The translations under genes were made by a program, and so were the position numbers. From Macrostomum lignano (taxonomy: Eukaryota): a DNA stretch of 64,000 nucleotides. The notes beneath the pieces are model-generated. The model was not told the DNA's origin. It ran no database searches and worked only from the letters and a program-made list of their open reading frames with translations. Shown here one piece after another: positions 41,365-53,373 of the stretch (positions are counted from its first letter, which is position 1; each line of letters opens with the position of its first letter). The stretch is taken from positions 457,047 through 521,046 of the forward strand of contig NIVC01000593.1 of assembly GCA_002269645.1 (NCBI GenBank). Direction: 5' to 3'.

Positions 41365-41510
41365 ACAAATCAGTCAGTCAGCGAATCAATCTATCAACTG
41401 ATCAAGTAGTTAATTAGTCAATCAATCGATCAACCAATCAGTTAATCGATCAATCAATCCATCCATCAATCAGTCCATCCATCCATCAATCACCAACCAA
41501 TCAATCAATC

Positions 41511-41546
<36 letters not shown>

Positions 41547-41550
41547 GTCA
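41365..41550. repeat. (ATCA)n degenerate microsatellite
   Basis: Ends about 20 bp before the acceptor at 41571. Confidence 0.9.
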
Positions 41551-41571
41551 ACAAATCGCACCGCATTTCAG

Positions 41572-41643
41572 CAGCCGTCAGACGCCAGGCCGAACGCCTG
41601 CAGCTGCTGTAGCGGTGGCGCTCACAGCCAGCAGCGATCATAA
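41572..41643 (+). CDS. candidate terminal coding exon (QPSDARPNACSCCSGGAHSQQRS*) for the chain ending at 31800
   Basis: Acceptor gcatttcAG at 41571 right after an (ATCA)n tract; the phase-0 frame has strongly G/C third positions and stops at TAA 41641-41643. Confidence 0.4.
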   Translation, partial: QPSDARPNACSCCSGGAHSQQRS

Positions 41644-41696
41644 GCAACACTCGAACTAAAATACAAATCAACAGGCAGCAACAAGAATTCAGCGCG

Positions 41697-42106
41697 ATGA
41701 GCGACGAGGCGCAGCAGCAGCAGCTGAGCATCGCCGAACTGCGCGACATTGCCGCCCGCCAGCAGGCGCACATCGACGAGCAGCTGCACACGCTGCGCCA
41801 ACGCGAGGCCCAGATGACCGAGCTGGCCGGCTGGGCGGCGGCCGCCGCCGCTGCCGCTGTCAGCAGCTCCGGCGGCGGCTCCGGCGGAGATCCTCGACAG
41901 CGCCGTCGGCATCTTCAACAGTTGGCTGCCAGCGTGGACGCCCAAGCCGAACGGCTGCGTCGTCAGCGGAGCATCCGGCAGCAGCTGGCGCACTATCGGC
42001 ACGCCAACGCCCAGCTGGGCCGCGAACTGGCGGCTGCCAGGGCCGAGTGCCAGGCCCGGCAGGAGGAGATGGCGGCTCTGGCTGCCAAATTGGATGCTAT
42101 GCACAG
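41697..42106 (+). CDS. ASPP: ASPP family (apoptosis-stimulating of p53 / PP1 regulator), coiled-coil exon
   Basis: LSIAELRDIAARQQAHIDEQ resembles the ASPP1/2 LTLxELxxMAxRQQ coiled-coil start; phase-2 donor CAC AG|GTGAGG at 42106. The start could be upstream if spliced via acceptors at 41612 or 41678. Confidence 0.8.
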
Positions 42107-42112
42107 GTGAGG

Positions 42113-44380
42113 TGATTCTGGTTGGTGACGCTTCAAGTTTCTGTCGCTTCTGGCTTGTGAGGCTTCTGGTCTGTGACGCTTCTGGTTTGTGAGGCTTCTG
42201 GTTTGTGAGGCTTCTGGTTTGTGAGGCTTCTGGTTTGTGAGGCTTCTGGTTTCTGTCGCTTCTGGCTTGTGAGGCTTCTGGTCTGTGACGCTTCTGGTTT
42301 GTGATGCTTCTGGTTTGTGAGGCTTCTGGTTGGTGACGCTTCAAGTTTCTGTCGCTTCTGGCTTGTGAGGCTTCTGGTCTGTGACGCTTCTGGTTTGTGA
42401 GGCTTCTGGTTTGTGACGCTTCTGGTCTGTGACGCTTCTGGTTTGTGAGGCTTCTGGTCTGTGACGCTTCTGGTTTGTGACGCTTCTGGTCTGTGACGCT
42501 TCTGGTTTGTGACGCTTCTGGTTTGTGAGGCTTCTGGTTTGTGAGGCTTCTGGTTTGTGACGCTTCTGGTTTGTGACGCTTCTGGTTTGTGACGCTTCTG
42601 GTTTGTGACGCTTCTGGTTTGTGACGCTTCTGGTCTGTGACGCTTCTGGTTTGTGACGCTTCTGGTCTGTGACGCTTCTGGTTTGTGACGCTTCTGGTTT
42701 GTGAGGCTTCTGGTTTGTGACGCTTCTGGTTTGTGACGCTTCTGGTTTGTGAGGCTTCTGGTCTGTGACGCTTCTGGTTTGTGACGCTTCTGGTCTGTGA
42801 CGCTTCTGGTTTGTGACGCTTCTGGTTTGTGAGGCTTCTGGTTGGTGACGCTTCAAGTTTCTGTCGCTTCTGGCTTGTGAGGCTTCTGGTCTGTGACGCT
42901 TCTGGTTTGTGATGCTTCTGGTTTGTGAGGCTTCTGGTTTGTGAGGCTTCTGGTTTGTGAGGCTTCTGGTTTGTGAGGCTTCTGGTTTGTGAGGCTTCTG
43001 GTTTGTGAGGCTTCTGGTTTGTGATGCTTCTGGTTTGTGAGGCTTCTGGTTTGTGAGGCTTCTGGTTTGTGAGGCTTCTGGTTTGTGAGGCTTCTGGTTT
43101 GTGAGGCTTCTGGTTTGTGAGGCTTCTGGTTTGTGAGGCTTCTGGTTTGTGACGCTTCTGGTTTGTGAGGCTTCTGGTTTGTGAGGCTTCTGGTCTGTGA
43201 CGCTTCTGGTTTGTGATGCTTCTGGTTTGTGAGGCTTCTGGTTTGTGAGGCTTCTGGTTTGTGAGGCTTCTGGTTTGTGAGGCTTCTGGTTTGTGAGGCT
43301 TCTGGTTTGTGAGGCTTCTGGTTTGTGAGGCTTCTGGTTTGTGACGCTTCTGGTTTGTGACGCTTCTGGTTTGTGAGGCTTCTGGTTTGTGAGGCTTCTG
43401 GTTTGTGACGCTTCTGGTTTGTGAGGCTTCTAGCTTGTGAGGCTTCTGGTCTGTGACGCTTCTGGTTTGTGATGCTTCTGGTTTGTGAGGCTTCTGGTTT
43501 GTGAGGCTTCTGGTTTGTGAGGCTTCTGGTTTGTGACGCTTCTGGTCTGTGACGCTTCTGGTTTGTGAGGCTTCTGGTCTGTGACGCTTCTGGTTTGTGA
43601 CGCTTCTGGTTTGTGACGCTTCTGGTTTGTGAGGCTTCTGGTTTGTGAGGCTTCTGGTTTGTGACGCTTCTGGTTTGTGAGGCTTCTGGTTTGTGACGCT
43701 TCTGGTCTGTGACGCTTCTGGTTTGTGACGCTTCTGGTTTGTGAGGCTTCTGGTTTGTGACGCTTCTGGTTTGTGACGCTTCTGGTTTGTGACGCTTCTG
43801 GTTTGTGACGCTTCTGGTTTGTGACGCTTCTGGTTTGTGAGGCTTCTGGTTTGTGAGGCTTCTGGTTTGTGACGCTTCTGGTTTGTGAGGCTTCTGGTTT
43901 GTGACGCTTCTGGTCTGTGACGCTTCTGGTTTGTGACGCTTCTGGTTTGTGACGCTTCTGGTTTGTGACGCTTCTGGTTTGTGACGCTTCTGGTTTGTGA
44001 CGCTTCTGGTTTGTGACGCTTCTTGTCTGTGACGCTTCTGGTTTGTGACGCTTCTGGTCTGTGACGCTTCTGGTTTGTGACGCTTCTGGTTTGTGAGGCT
44101 TCTGGTTTGTGACGCTTCTGGTCTGTGACGCTTCTGGTTTGTGAGGCTTCTGGTCTGTGACGCTTCTGGTTTGTGACGCTTCTGGTCTGTGACGCTTCTG
44201 GTTTGTGACGCTTCTGGTTTGTGAGGCTTCTGGTTTGTGAGGCTTCTGGTTTGTGACGCTTCTGGTTTGTGACGCTTCTGGTTTGTGACGCTTCTGGTTT
44301 GTGACGCTTCTGGTTTGTGACGCTTCTAGTTTGTGACGCTTCTGATTTGTGTCGGTTCTGGTTGGTGACGCTTCTAGTTT
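42113..44380. repeat. 16-bp minisatellite (CTTCTGGTTTGTGACG / CTTCTGGTTTGTGAGG) filling an ASPP intron
   Basis: About 140 copies; source of the spurious 928-aa ORF. Confidence 0.97.
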
Positions 44381-44465
44381 GTAAAGTTTCTGTCTTGGTG
44401 TCTTCCACTGTCTCACCTAGGATGCCATTTCAAGCGGCATTTCTCCCCTCTTCTGCTAATTTTAG

Positions 44466-45400
44466 ACAAGCGGCCGCCATTACCTCCGCTAAGTCAGCGT
44501 CGCAGCCTCCTCAGCAGCAGCAGCCGCACCAGCGTCAGAACTCTCGACCGCTGCCGCCGCTGCCGCCGCTGCCGCCGCTGCCACCGGCGCCACAACCAGC
44601 TGCTCAACAGCAGCAGCAACCGCCGCCGGCGCCGTCGTTGCAGCGTCGTCGACCGCTGCCGCAGGCTCCTCCCTCGCCGCCGCCGTCGCATCGCCGTCAC
44701 GTTCCGCCTGTGCCTGTCGCCGCTGCCGCTGCCTCTGCCGCTGCCTCTGCCGCCGTCACTTCCGCCTCATCGGCGTCTTCCACCGAGCTTCTCCTGTCGC
44801 GCGACCGTCTTGACGATCTGATCCGACGCGAGGCGACAGCGGCGCCAAATCAGCGCGACTCCCTAGTCGTCCAAGATCCCGCCGACGAGGTCGAAGCTGC
44901 CGAAGCCAAGGCTGAGGCCGAGGCGGCAGCGGCTGCTGCTGCTGAAAAGTCGCATTCAGAGTCCAAAGCACCGGAGCAGCCGCCGGGATCCGAGACTGAC
45001 TCATCCGGAGAGGAGGACCCGGCCTGCCTGACCGAGGAGCCGCCGCCGCCGCCCGGCGAACGTCGCCGTCGTCCAGACGATCCGCCCGGCGCCCCGACTG
45101 GCGGCTGGATGGCGCCGATCGCCAAGCTGGACGACGAGGACGATCTCAGCCTCTCCGACTACGATGAGGCGGCGCCGGTTGCTAAGGGGAAATCTAGCGG
45201 AGCTCCGCCGCCCACGGTTGTGTCTGGGATTCTCAGCAACGGCAAGAAGAAGAAGAAAAATAAAAGCAGCAATAACGACGCCGGGAACAATGCAGGAAAA
45301 TCCGGCTCCGATGGCGACGGGGATCAGGTGGACGGGTCCGGGCAGCAGCGCTCGGTCACTTTCGACCCGCTGACCCTCCTGCTGGATGCCGCCATTCAAG
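44466..45400 (+). CDS. ASPP: ASPP proline-rich/low-complexity exon with PP1-docking RVxF motif
   Basis: Phase-2 acceptor ctgctaatttAG|A (alternative at 44420/44421, same phase); Pro/Gln/Ala-rich; ends RSVTFDPLTLLLDAAIQG, like ASPP RVKFNPLALLLD; phase-1 donor CAA G|GTGAGG. Confidence 0.85.
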
Positions 45401-45424
45401 GTGAGGGACGGCGAATAATGCTGA

Positions 45425-45710
45425 GTGGGTTGGGTGGATTCGTTGGGTAGGTTGGGTGGATTCGTTGGGTAGGTTGGGTGGATTCGTTGGGTAGGTTGGG
45501 GATTCGTTGGGTAGGTTAGGGATTTGTTGGGTAGGTTAGGGATTCGTTGAGTAGGCTGGGGATTCGTTGGGTAGGCTGGGGATTCGTTGGGTAGGTTGGG
45601 GATTCGTTGGGTAGGTTGGAGATTCGTTGGGTAGGTTGGGGATTTGTTGGGTAGGTTGGGGATTTGTTGGGTAGGTTGGAGACTTGTTGGGTAGGCTGGA
45701 GACTTGTTGG
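45425..45710. repeat. 20-bp minisatellite (GATTCGTTGGGTAGGTTGGG)
   Basis: About 14 copies starting 24 bp after the donor at 45401. Confidence 0.95.
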
Positions 45711-46239
45711 CATGGTTCCTGTTGCTTAGAGATCCCGCAGCTTAAAGTGCACCGGCCGTGACATTTGCACTTTCCCCGCTCTCTCTCCCGATGCCAAAGT
45801 TTTGTCCAGAAATGTTTATAAAATGTGTAACGGGGATCGGGACCGGCAGCTGGGAAATTATGATGGGGAATACAAAGTTATGGGAGAGGTCGGAATATTG
45901 ATCGAATGTCGCCATTTCCCCTTATCCCATATTGAAGTTTGGGATTTGAAGGCCAGCCGGCCAGCCAGTAAATATCTACAAGCCCAAAATGGATCTCCCT
46001 TGGGATTTGTCGCAGTGTGCAACCCCTGCTGTGCAACCGGTAGTTGGGGAGAATCAAAAATGGTGCCAGCCACGGCTTTTCGTGCTGATTGATTGCAGTT
46101 GGCCGGTTTCCTGGATATTGCCTGGATTAAAAAGTGGATAAATGTATGAGTCTGACCTACAAGCGCAATCTTAATGCTGTCATTTGATTTGATGGATTAA
46201 AAAATCTGGGCTAGAGCTTAGAAAGTCCAGATTTAGAAT

Positions 46240-47810
46240 GAATCCCCAATATCCATCCCAAATCCAGAAATCCCCATCCCAAATCCATCGATCCCCATCC
46301 CAAATCCATCGATCCCCATCCCAAATCCATCGATCCCCATCCCAAATCCATCGATCCCCATCCCAAATCCATCGATCCCCATCCCAAATCCATCGATCCC
46401 CATCCCAAATCCATCGATCCCCATCTCAAATCCAGAATCTCCATCCCAAATCCAGAATTCCCATCCCAAAACCAGAAATCCCCATCCCAAATCCAGAATT
46501 CCCATCCCAAAACCAGAAATCCCCATCCCAAATCTATCGATCCCCATCCCAAATCCATCGATCCCCATCCCAAATCCATCGATCCCCATCCCAAATCCAT
46601 CGATCCCCATCCCAAATCCATCGATCCCCATCTCAAATCCAGAATCTCCATCCCAAATCCAGAATTCCCATCCCAAAACCAGAAATCCCCATCCCAAATC
46701 CAGAATTCCCATCCCAAAACCAGAAATCCCCATCCCAAATCTATCGATCCCCATCCCAAATCCATCGATCCCCATCCCAAATCCATCGATCCCCATCTCA
46801 AATCCAGAATCTCCATCCCAAATCCAGAACTCCCATCCCAAAACCAGAAATCCCCATCCCAAATCCAGAATCCCATCCCAAAACCAGAAATCCCCATCCC
46901 AAATCTATCGATCCCCATCCCATCCCAAATCCATCAATCCCCTTCCCAAATCCATAAATCCCCATCCCAAATCCAGAAATCTCCATCCAAATCCATCGTT
47001 CCCCATCCCAAATCCAGAATCTCCATCCCAATGCCATCGATCCCCAATGCCATCGATCCCCAATGCCATCGATCCCCAATGCCATCGATCCCCATGCCAT
47101 CGATCCCCATGCCATCGATCCCCATGCCATCGATCCCCATGCCATCGATCCCCATGCCATCGATCCCCATGCCATCGATCCCCATGCCATCGATCCCCAT
47201 GCCATCGATCCCCATGCCATCGATCCCCATGCCATCGATCCCCATGCCATCGATCCCCATGCCATCGATCCCCATGCCATCGATCCCCATGCCATCGATC
47301 CCCATGCCATCGATCCCCATGCCATCGATCCCCATGCCATCGATCCCCATGCCATCGATCCCCATGCCATCGATCCCCATGCCATCGATCCCCATGCCAT
47401 CGATCCCCATGCCATCGATCCCCATGCCATCGATCCCCATGCCATCGATCCCCATGCCATCGATCCCCATGCCATCGATCCCCATGCCATCGATCCCCAT
47501 GCCATCGATCCCCATGCCATCGATCCCCATGCCATCGATCCCCATGCCATCGATCCCCATGCCATCGATCCCCATGCCATCGATCCCCATGCCATCGATC
47601 CCCATGCCATCGATCCCCATGCCATCGATCCCCATGCCATCGATCCCCATGCCATCGATCCCCATGCCATCGATCCCCATGCCATCGATCCCCATGCCAT
47701 CGATCCCCATGCCATCGATCCCCATGCCATCGATCCCCATGCCATCGATCCCCATGCCATCGATCCCCATGCCATCGATCCCCATCCCAAATCCAGAATC
47801 CCCATCCCAG
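46240..47810. repeat. compound minisatellite: 21-bp (CATCCCAAATCCATCGATCCC) grading into 15-bp (CATGCCATCGATCCC)
   Basis: Mixed 21-mers at 46240-47030, then about 46 identical 15-mers; ends 38 bp before the acceptor at 47848. Confidence 0.97.
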
Positions 47811-47848
47811 CCCAAAGACTTGACTCATCGCTCACCCGCCCATCACAG

Positions 47849-48423
47849 GCGACCTGGCCCAGGTCCAGCGCTACACCGGCCAGCTCGGCGACCCCTCGGC
47901 GGCCAACAGCGAAGGCATCAGCGCCCTGCACAACGCCGTCTGCGCCGGGCACGCCCGTATTGTCCAGTACCTCATCGACAGCGGCGCCGACGTCAACGCG
48001 GTAGATCAGGACGGCTGGACGCCGTTGCACTGCGCCGTCACCTGCGACTCGCTGCCGCTCACCAAGCTCCTAGTGGGCTCCGGTGCGGTGCTCTACTGCA
48101 CCACCCACTCCGACTCGGAGACTCCGTTCGACCTGTGCCACAATGGCGGCCCAGTCGAAGCGTGGCTCCGCGCCGAGGAGGACCGCCTTGGCGTCGACAA
48201 TTCCGGCCGAGTGTTCGCCGCGTTCGACTACTCGCCGGAGCAGGCGGACGAGCTGGCGCTGGCGCGCGGCGATCAGCTGACTGTCGTGCGCAAAGGAGAC
48301 GGCGCCGAGACCGCCTGGTGGTGGTGCCGGCGAGACGGCGACGCCGATGCCGCCAACGGCGAGACGGCCGAGGAGGGCTACGTGGCGAGAAATTTTGTCA
48401 GCCTGTACAAAAGTCACGGCTAG
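47849..48423 (+). CDS. ASPP: ASPP terminal exon: ankyrin repeats plus SH3 domain
   Basis: catcacAG|GC in phase 1; NSEGISALHNAVCAGHARIVQYLIDSGADVNAVDQDGWTPLHCA (ankyrin), AFDYSPEQADELAL...WWW...EGYVARNFV (SH3); stop TAG 48421-48423. Confidence 0.95.
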
Positions 48424-49854
48424 GGGATGCTGCTGCGAATTCTGCGGGTGAAATTACGCTTTGCACTTTTAATTCAAGTTTGCTACTCTGTTGCAATAAT
48501 ATAGGAAGGGCCAGCCCCCAAGGCATAGAGAGTGTTTGTACTTTAATAAGGGCGTGATGTATACTTTAATAATAGTGGAAGGTGTAAATGTACTATAATA
48601 ATGGAAGGTAGAATTTTTTGTAATTTATTATAATAATGAAGGATGAAATGTAGTACGAGCACTTTAGTAATGGAGTGTGGGATGTACTTTAATGTATATA
48701 TTGAAATAAAAGTGTTAGCCATTGCTTTTATATGTAACGATCTGCAAAACCCGATTTCTTGTTGTTCAATTCCAGTGGGCATCACGGCAGACAGGTTTAT
48801 CATTCAACCAACAATCCCAGGCTACAACAATGTTAATCGGTTAGGTTTGTTATAAGCCTGTGAGAAAAACAAATTCTAGTCATTTTTTATTATTGAGCAA
48901 CTATTGCAAAAAGTAATAATTCCTGATTATAGATTGAGTTTATGCTCTCTGTACGTACTGAGATTGAGAAATACGTGGCCCCGTTCTCATTGATTATGTA
49001 ACGCCACATGTACTTATAGGCTTGTAAGTGTGCAATTATATGCTACGGAGAATCTATGATTATATGATCGTTAGTTGGCATTCCAATACGTACGGCCCTG
49101 ATCCCACATGTACAAGTCTCGGTTGAAAAAGGATTTCAAACATATTATGTTATCAAGTATGCAGTCTTTGGAGTGCACATGTAGATATAAAATTATTGAA
49201 TTGTTTGTCATTAAATGCAGTGCATTTTTTCGATTGAATCTACAGCTATAAATTTTGCGAGTTTGAGCTCCACACTATATAGATGTGCATATGCTCGTTT
49301 ACCTACTGTTTTAGTACTATATTACCTATTCATTTACTTCATGGAAATTTTTATACCAACAAGAAATTTATCTAAAGTGCACTTAAAATTACTGTAGGTA
49401 ACCTGTAGCCTTTTTTTAGTGGTTTGTACCTTTTTTCAGAGATTGAAATATGACTCGTAATTATGTACTTTCAAAATCTCATTAAGCTCAGTAGATCCAT
49501 TCCAGCTTATTTTTAACTAAATTTTTATCATTTCATAATTTTAATTAATCCTAATTCGTTACTAAAGTGCATGTAGTTATTGATTTTAATTAAATGTATT
49601 TTTTCCCGCGGTCTAATATAGTAAAAGTTTTTAACTGCGTGCAATTCTTTCCTGATCATTAATTGTAATAAATAAATGTAAAATTTAATAAATGTAAATG
49701 TAATGTCCTGATCATAAATGTAATAAATTGTATCCCGATTCAACGGGCAGTTGAACTGAAGTTCAAAATGCACAATTGATAAAGATTTACGTACATAAGT
49801 ATTAAAGTATTGATTTTTCTCCACGACGAAGACATAGTGTACAGTACGCGTAGC

Positions 49855-50700
49855 AGAGCTGTGATTGGCCAGTGTTGGCTCTCAGCAGATCTTTGATTGG
49901 CCAGTGTGGTTCTCAGCAGATGTGATCGGCCAGTGTGGCTCTCAGCAGATGTGATTGGCCAGTGTGGCTCTCAGCAGATCTGTGATTGGCCAGTGTGGCT
50001 CTCAGCTAGGCCAGTGTTTACCAGCTAGCAGATCTGTGATTGGTCAGTGTGGCTCTCAGCAGATGTGATTGGCCAGTGTGGCTCTCAGCAGATGTGATTG
50101 GCCAGTGTGGCTCTCAGCAGATCTGTGATTGGCCAGTGTGGCTCTCAGCTAGGCCATGCAGTGTTTACCAGCTAGCAGATCTGTGATTGGTCAGTGTGGC
50201 TCTCAGCAGATGTGATTGGCCAGTGTGGCTCTCGGCTAGGCCAGTGTTTACCAGCTAGCAGATCTGTGATTGGTCAGTGTGGCTCCCAGCAGATCTGTGA
50301 TTGGCCAGTGTGGCTCCTAGCAGATCTGTGATTGGTCAGTGTGGCTCCCAGCAGATCTGTGATTGGCCAGTGTGGCTCCCAGCAGATCTGTGATTGGTCA
50401 GTGTGGCTCCTAGCAGATCTGTGATTGGTCAGTGTGGCTCCCAGCAGATCTGTGATTGGTCAGTGTGGCTCCTAGCAGATCTGTGATTAGTCAGTGTGTC
50501 ACTCAGCAGAGCTGTGATTGGCCAGTGTGGCTCTCGGCAGATGTGATTGGCCAGTGTGGCTCTCAGCAGAGCTGTTATTGGCCAGTGTGGCTCTCGGCAG
50601 ATGTGATTGGCCAGTGTGGCTCTCAGCAGAGCTGTGATTGGCCAGTGTGGCTCTCAGCAGAGCTGTGATTGGCCAGTGTGGCTCTCAGCTAGGCCAGTGT
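49855..50700. repeat. 29-31 bp minisatellite (TGTGATTGGCCAGTGTGGCTCTCAGCAGA)
   Basis: About 26 copies downstream of ASPP. Confidence 0.95.
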
Positions 50701-51524
50701 GACTCAATCCAACTTATGAGCATCTACGAGTAACAAAACAAAACAAACAAAAATAACAAAAATCAATTTAAAACACGTGTAACTTTTTAATTTTCAAAGG
50801 TGAAAGCCAACGGTACTTAAAAGTACATCGCTTTACATGCACTTACTAATAAAGCGATTTTTCTTACATATATAAAACCACGCGCAGGCCAGGCAAACTG
50901 ACGAGTATCGGGCACACGAGGTGCAGAGGTTATAACAATAAATAATAAAAACGGACAGATTCAACCACTTTAAATTGCTGATATGTTGGGAACATACTTG
51001 GCCATGAACCATGAACTTAGGAACTTACTTCCTTTGAATAAGGATAAAAAATCAGCAAGCAAGCTTTCTTTTTCAGAAAGAATTAAGAAAATTCAGAATT
51101 TTTAATTTAAAACGCATATAAATAACAGCAATGACCGGGATGCTCTACTGCTTAAAAATGAAATTAAGTAGTAAGATTGAACGGTTTGAAATTCTAATAA
51201 AATCATGCAGCGAGTTTGTTAGTTAAGCTAACAGATAGGGGATTTGCCATGAGAAGCGATTGCAAAAGGGCTAAATAAACTAGCATAAAAATATTAATAG
51301 AGCACACAAATCGACAAAGCAGAATGGACTCTTTTTATTAGGCGTTTTAAGCAAATTGTTTTAAGATTTAAAGGAAAAACAATGAATAATAGAAATAAAT
51401 AACGAACAGCTCCGATAGGACAATAGGTCTCTTTCAGAGACGCAATGAGATTGGGATTCATCCTTGCTTGGGATTTCTTAGTTTCTGATTTTAGAAACGG
51501 TTAAAGAAACGGATTTCCTGGAAT

Positions 51525-52050
51525 CTATAAGTCCCAGTTTGGGATTTCTTAGAATCCAAAAATCCTAGTTTGGGATTTCTTAGAATCCATAAATCCCAGT
51601 TTTGGATTTCTTAGAATCCATAAATCCCAGTTTTGGATTTCTTAGAACCCATAAATCCTGGCTTGGGATTTCTCAGAATCCATAAATCCTAGTTTGGGAT
51701 TTCTTAGAATTAAAAATCCTAGTTTGGGATTTCTCAGAATCCATAAATCCTAGTTTGGGATTTCTTAGAATCCATAAATCCTGGTTTGGGATTTCTTAGA
51801 ATTAAAAATCCTAGTTTGGGATTTCTCAGAATCCATAAATCCTAGTTTGGGATTTCTTAGAATTAAAAATCCTAGTTTGGGATTTCTCAGAATCCATAAA
51901 TCCTAGTTTGGGATTTCTTAGAATCCATAAATCCTGGTTTGGGATCACTCAGAATCCATAAATTCTAGCTTGGGATTTTTAAGGATCTATGAATCCTATT
52001 TTGGGATTTCTTAGACTCGACAAATCATATTTTGGAATTTCTTAGAACCG
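51525..52050. repeat. 31-bp minisatellite (GGGATTTCTTAGAATCCATAAATCCTAGTTT)
   Basis: About 16 copies. Confidence 0.94.
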
Positions 52051-52247
52051 ATAACATCAGATTAGTATTTCTTTAAACTCGGGAACTTCAGGTCAAAATA
52101 TACAAAATGAAGCAAATTTCAGTGGAAAGATCAATAGTTAACTCTTAAATCAAACGGCTTGTCAGCAATAAGGTAAATTGCTGGACAATGATGGAAAAGC
52201 AAACAGAAAAAGCAACAAATTCAGCTGAAAGAAGAGGCAAACAAATC

Positions 52248-52366
52248 TTAGCCGTGCAGTAAAGCCTGAGTGATTTTCAATTTGTTCCACCCACTGGCTG
52301 CTCGGAGAGATGCTGCTGCAGACAACGGCGCGCGAAATTTCTGCTTCTCAACCAGGACTGGGAGCT
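52248..52366 (-). CDS. candidate terminal exon of a minus-strand gene extending beyond the right edge
   Basis: GC-rich island in AT-rich DNA; acceptor ttaactcattcgcccgcAG at 52367; open frames LPVLVEKQKFR...LLHG* (phase 1, stop 52248) or SSQSWLRSRNFARRC...TN* (phase 0, stop 52277). Confidence 0.3.
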
Positions 52367-52540
52367 CTGCGGGCGAATGAGTTAAGTTGGCTTATAAAAA
52401 CTGCTAGAATACTCGTAGTAACAAAGATATTTACACAAAGTGCTAATTTTATAACTACAGAGAAATCAATTCGAGAAAGGAAAGAGAGACATTAGAGACA
52501 GAGAGGGAGAGACAGACAGAGAGGGAGAGAGGAGACAGGG

Positions 52541-52775
<235 letters not shown>

Positions 52776-52997
52776 CTAGCAATCTACGCCCCCCGTTGGG
52801 GAGCCAAAGAAATGCAATACACGTTTTTTTAATAAGCTACATGTATCCTTGAAATCTTAAAAAATCTCCTGTCAAACCTTGTAAGCCTTGACATGTCAGT
52901 TATCCCCCCCACAAACTTTAACATATCAACTTCCCCCCTTGACATCTCAGCAATGCCCCCAATAAGCCTTGGAAATCTAAAAATATCTGTCAACCTT

Positions 52998-53042
52998 CTA
53001 ACCCTAACCCTAGCCTAACCCTAACCCTAACCCTAACCCTAA
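52998..53042 (-). repeat. interstitial (TTAGGG)n telomere-type repeat, about 7 units
   Basis: CTAACCCTAACCCTAGCCTAACCCTAACCCTAACCCTAACCCTAA. Confidence 0.85.
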
Positions 53043-53099
53043 AGCATTGAAATTTCAGTAATTCTCTCTAAGAGTCATTATAGCACTACTACAGCATTA

Positions 53100-53373
53100 C
53101 AGGGGCGTAGCCAGAGGGGCGGCAAGGGGGGCCGTGGCCCCCCCCCCATAATCACCAACTCTGGCCTTGGCGCCCCCCCTAAAAGAAACTGGCGCCCCCC
53201 CCCCTAAAAGAAACTGGCGCCCCCCTAAAAGAAACTGGCGCCCCCTAAAAGAAACTGGCGCCCCCCTAAAAGAAACTGGCGCCCCCCTACAAGAAACTGG
53301 CGCCCCCCCTATAAGAAGCTGGCGCCCCCTAACTCAAGGCCCCCACCAAACAAAATTCCTGGCTACGCCCCTG
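53100..53373. mobile_element. hAT-type MITE (274 bp) with internal ~20-bp tandem repeat
   Basis: TIRs CAGGGGCGTAGCCAG ... CTGGCTACGCCCCTG; perfect 8-bp TSD CAGCATTA at 53092-53099 and 53374-53381. Confidence 0.92.

Noticed and set aside
41622-44416. 928-aa and 328-aa minus-strand ORFs (QTRSVTNQKRHKPEAS repeats)
   Set aside because: Antisense reading of the 16-bp intronic array (3 x 16 nt = 16 aa) and of the ASPP exon.
46211-48557. Multiple 200-500 aa ORFs (MPSIP, HAIDP, WGSMA...)
   Set aside because: Stop-free 15/21-bp array. Only 47849-48423 is coding, in a frame defined by the splice acceptor.
52998-53042. Chromosome end or telomere-healing site
   Set aside because: Only about 7 units, embedded in a larger repeat unit whose second copy carries a decayed version.
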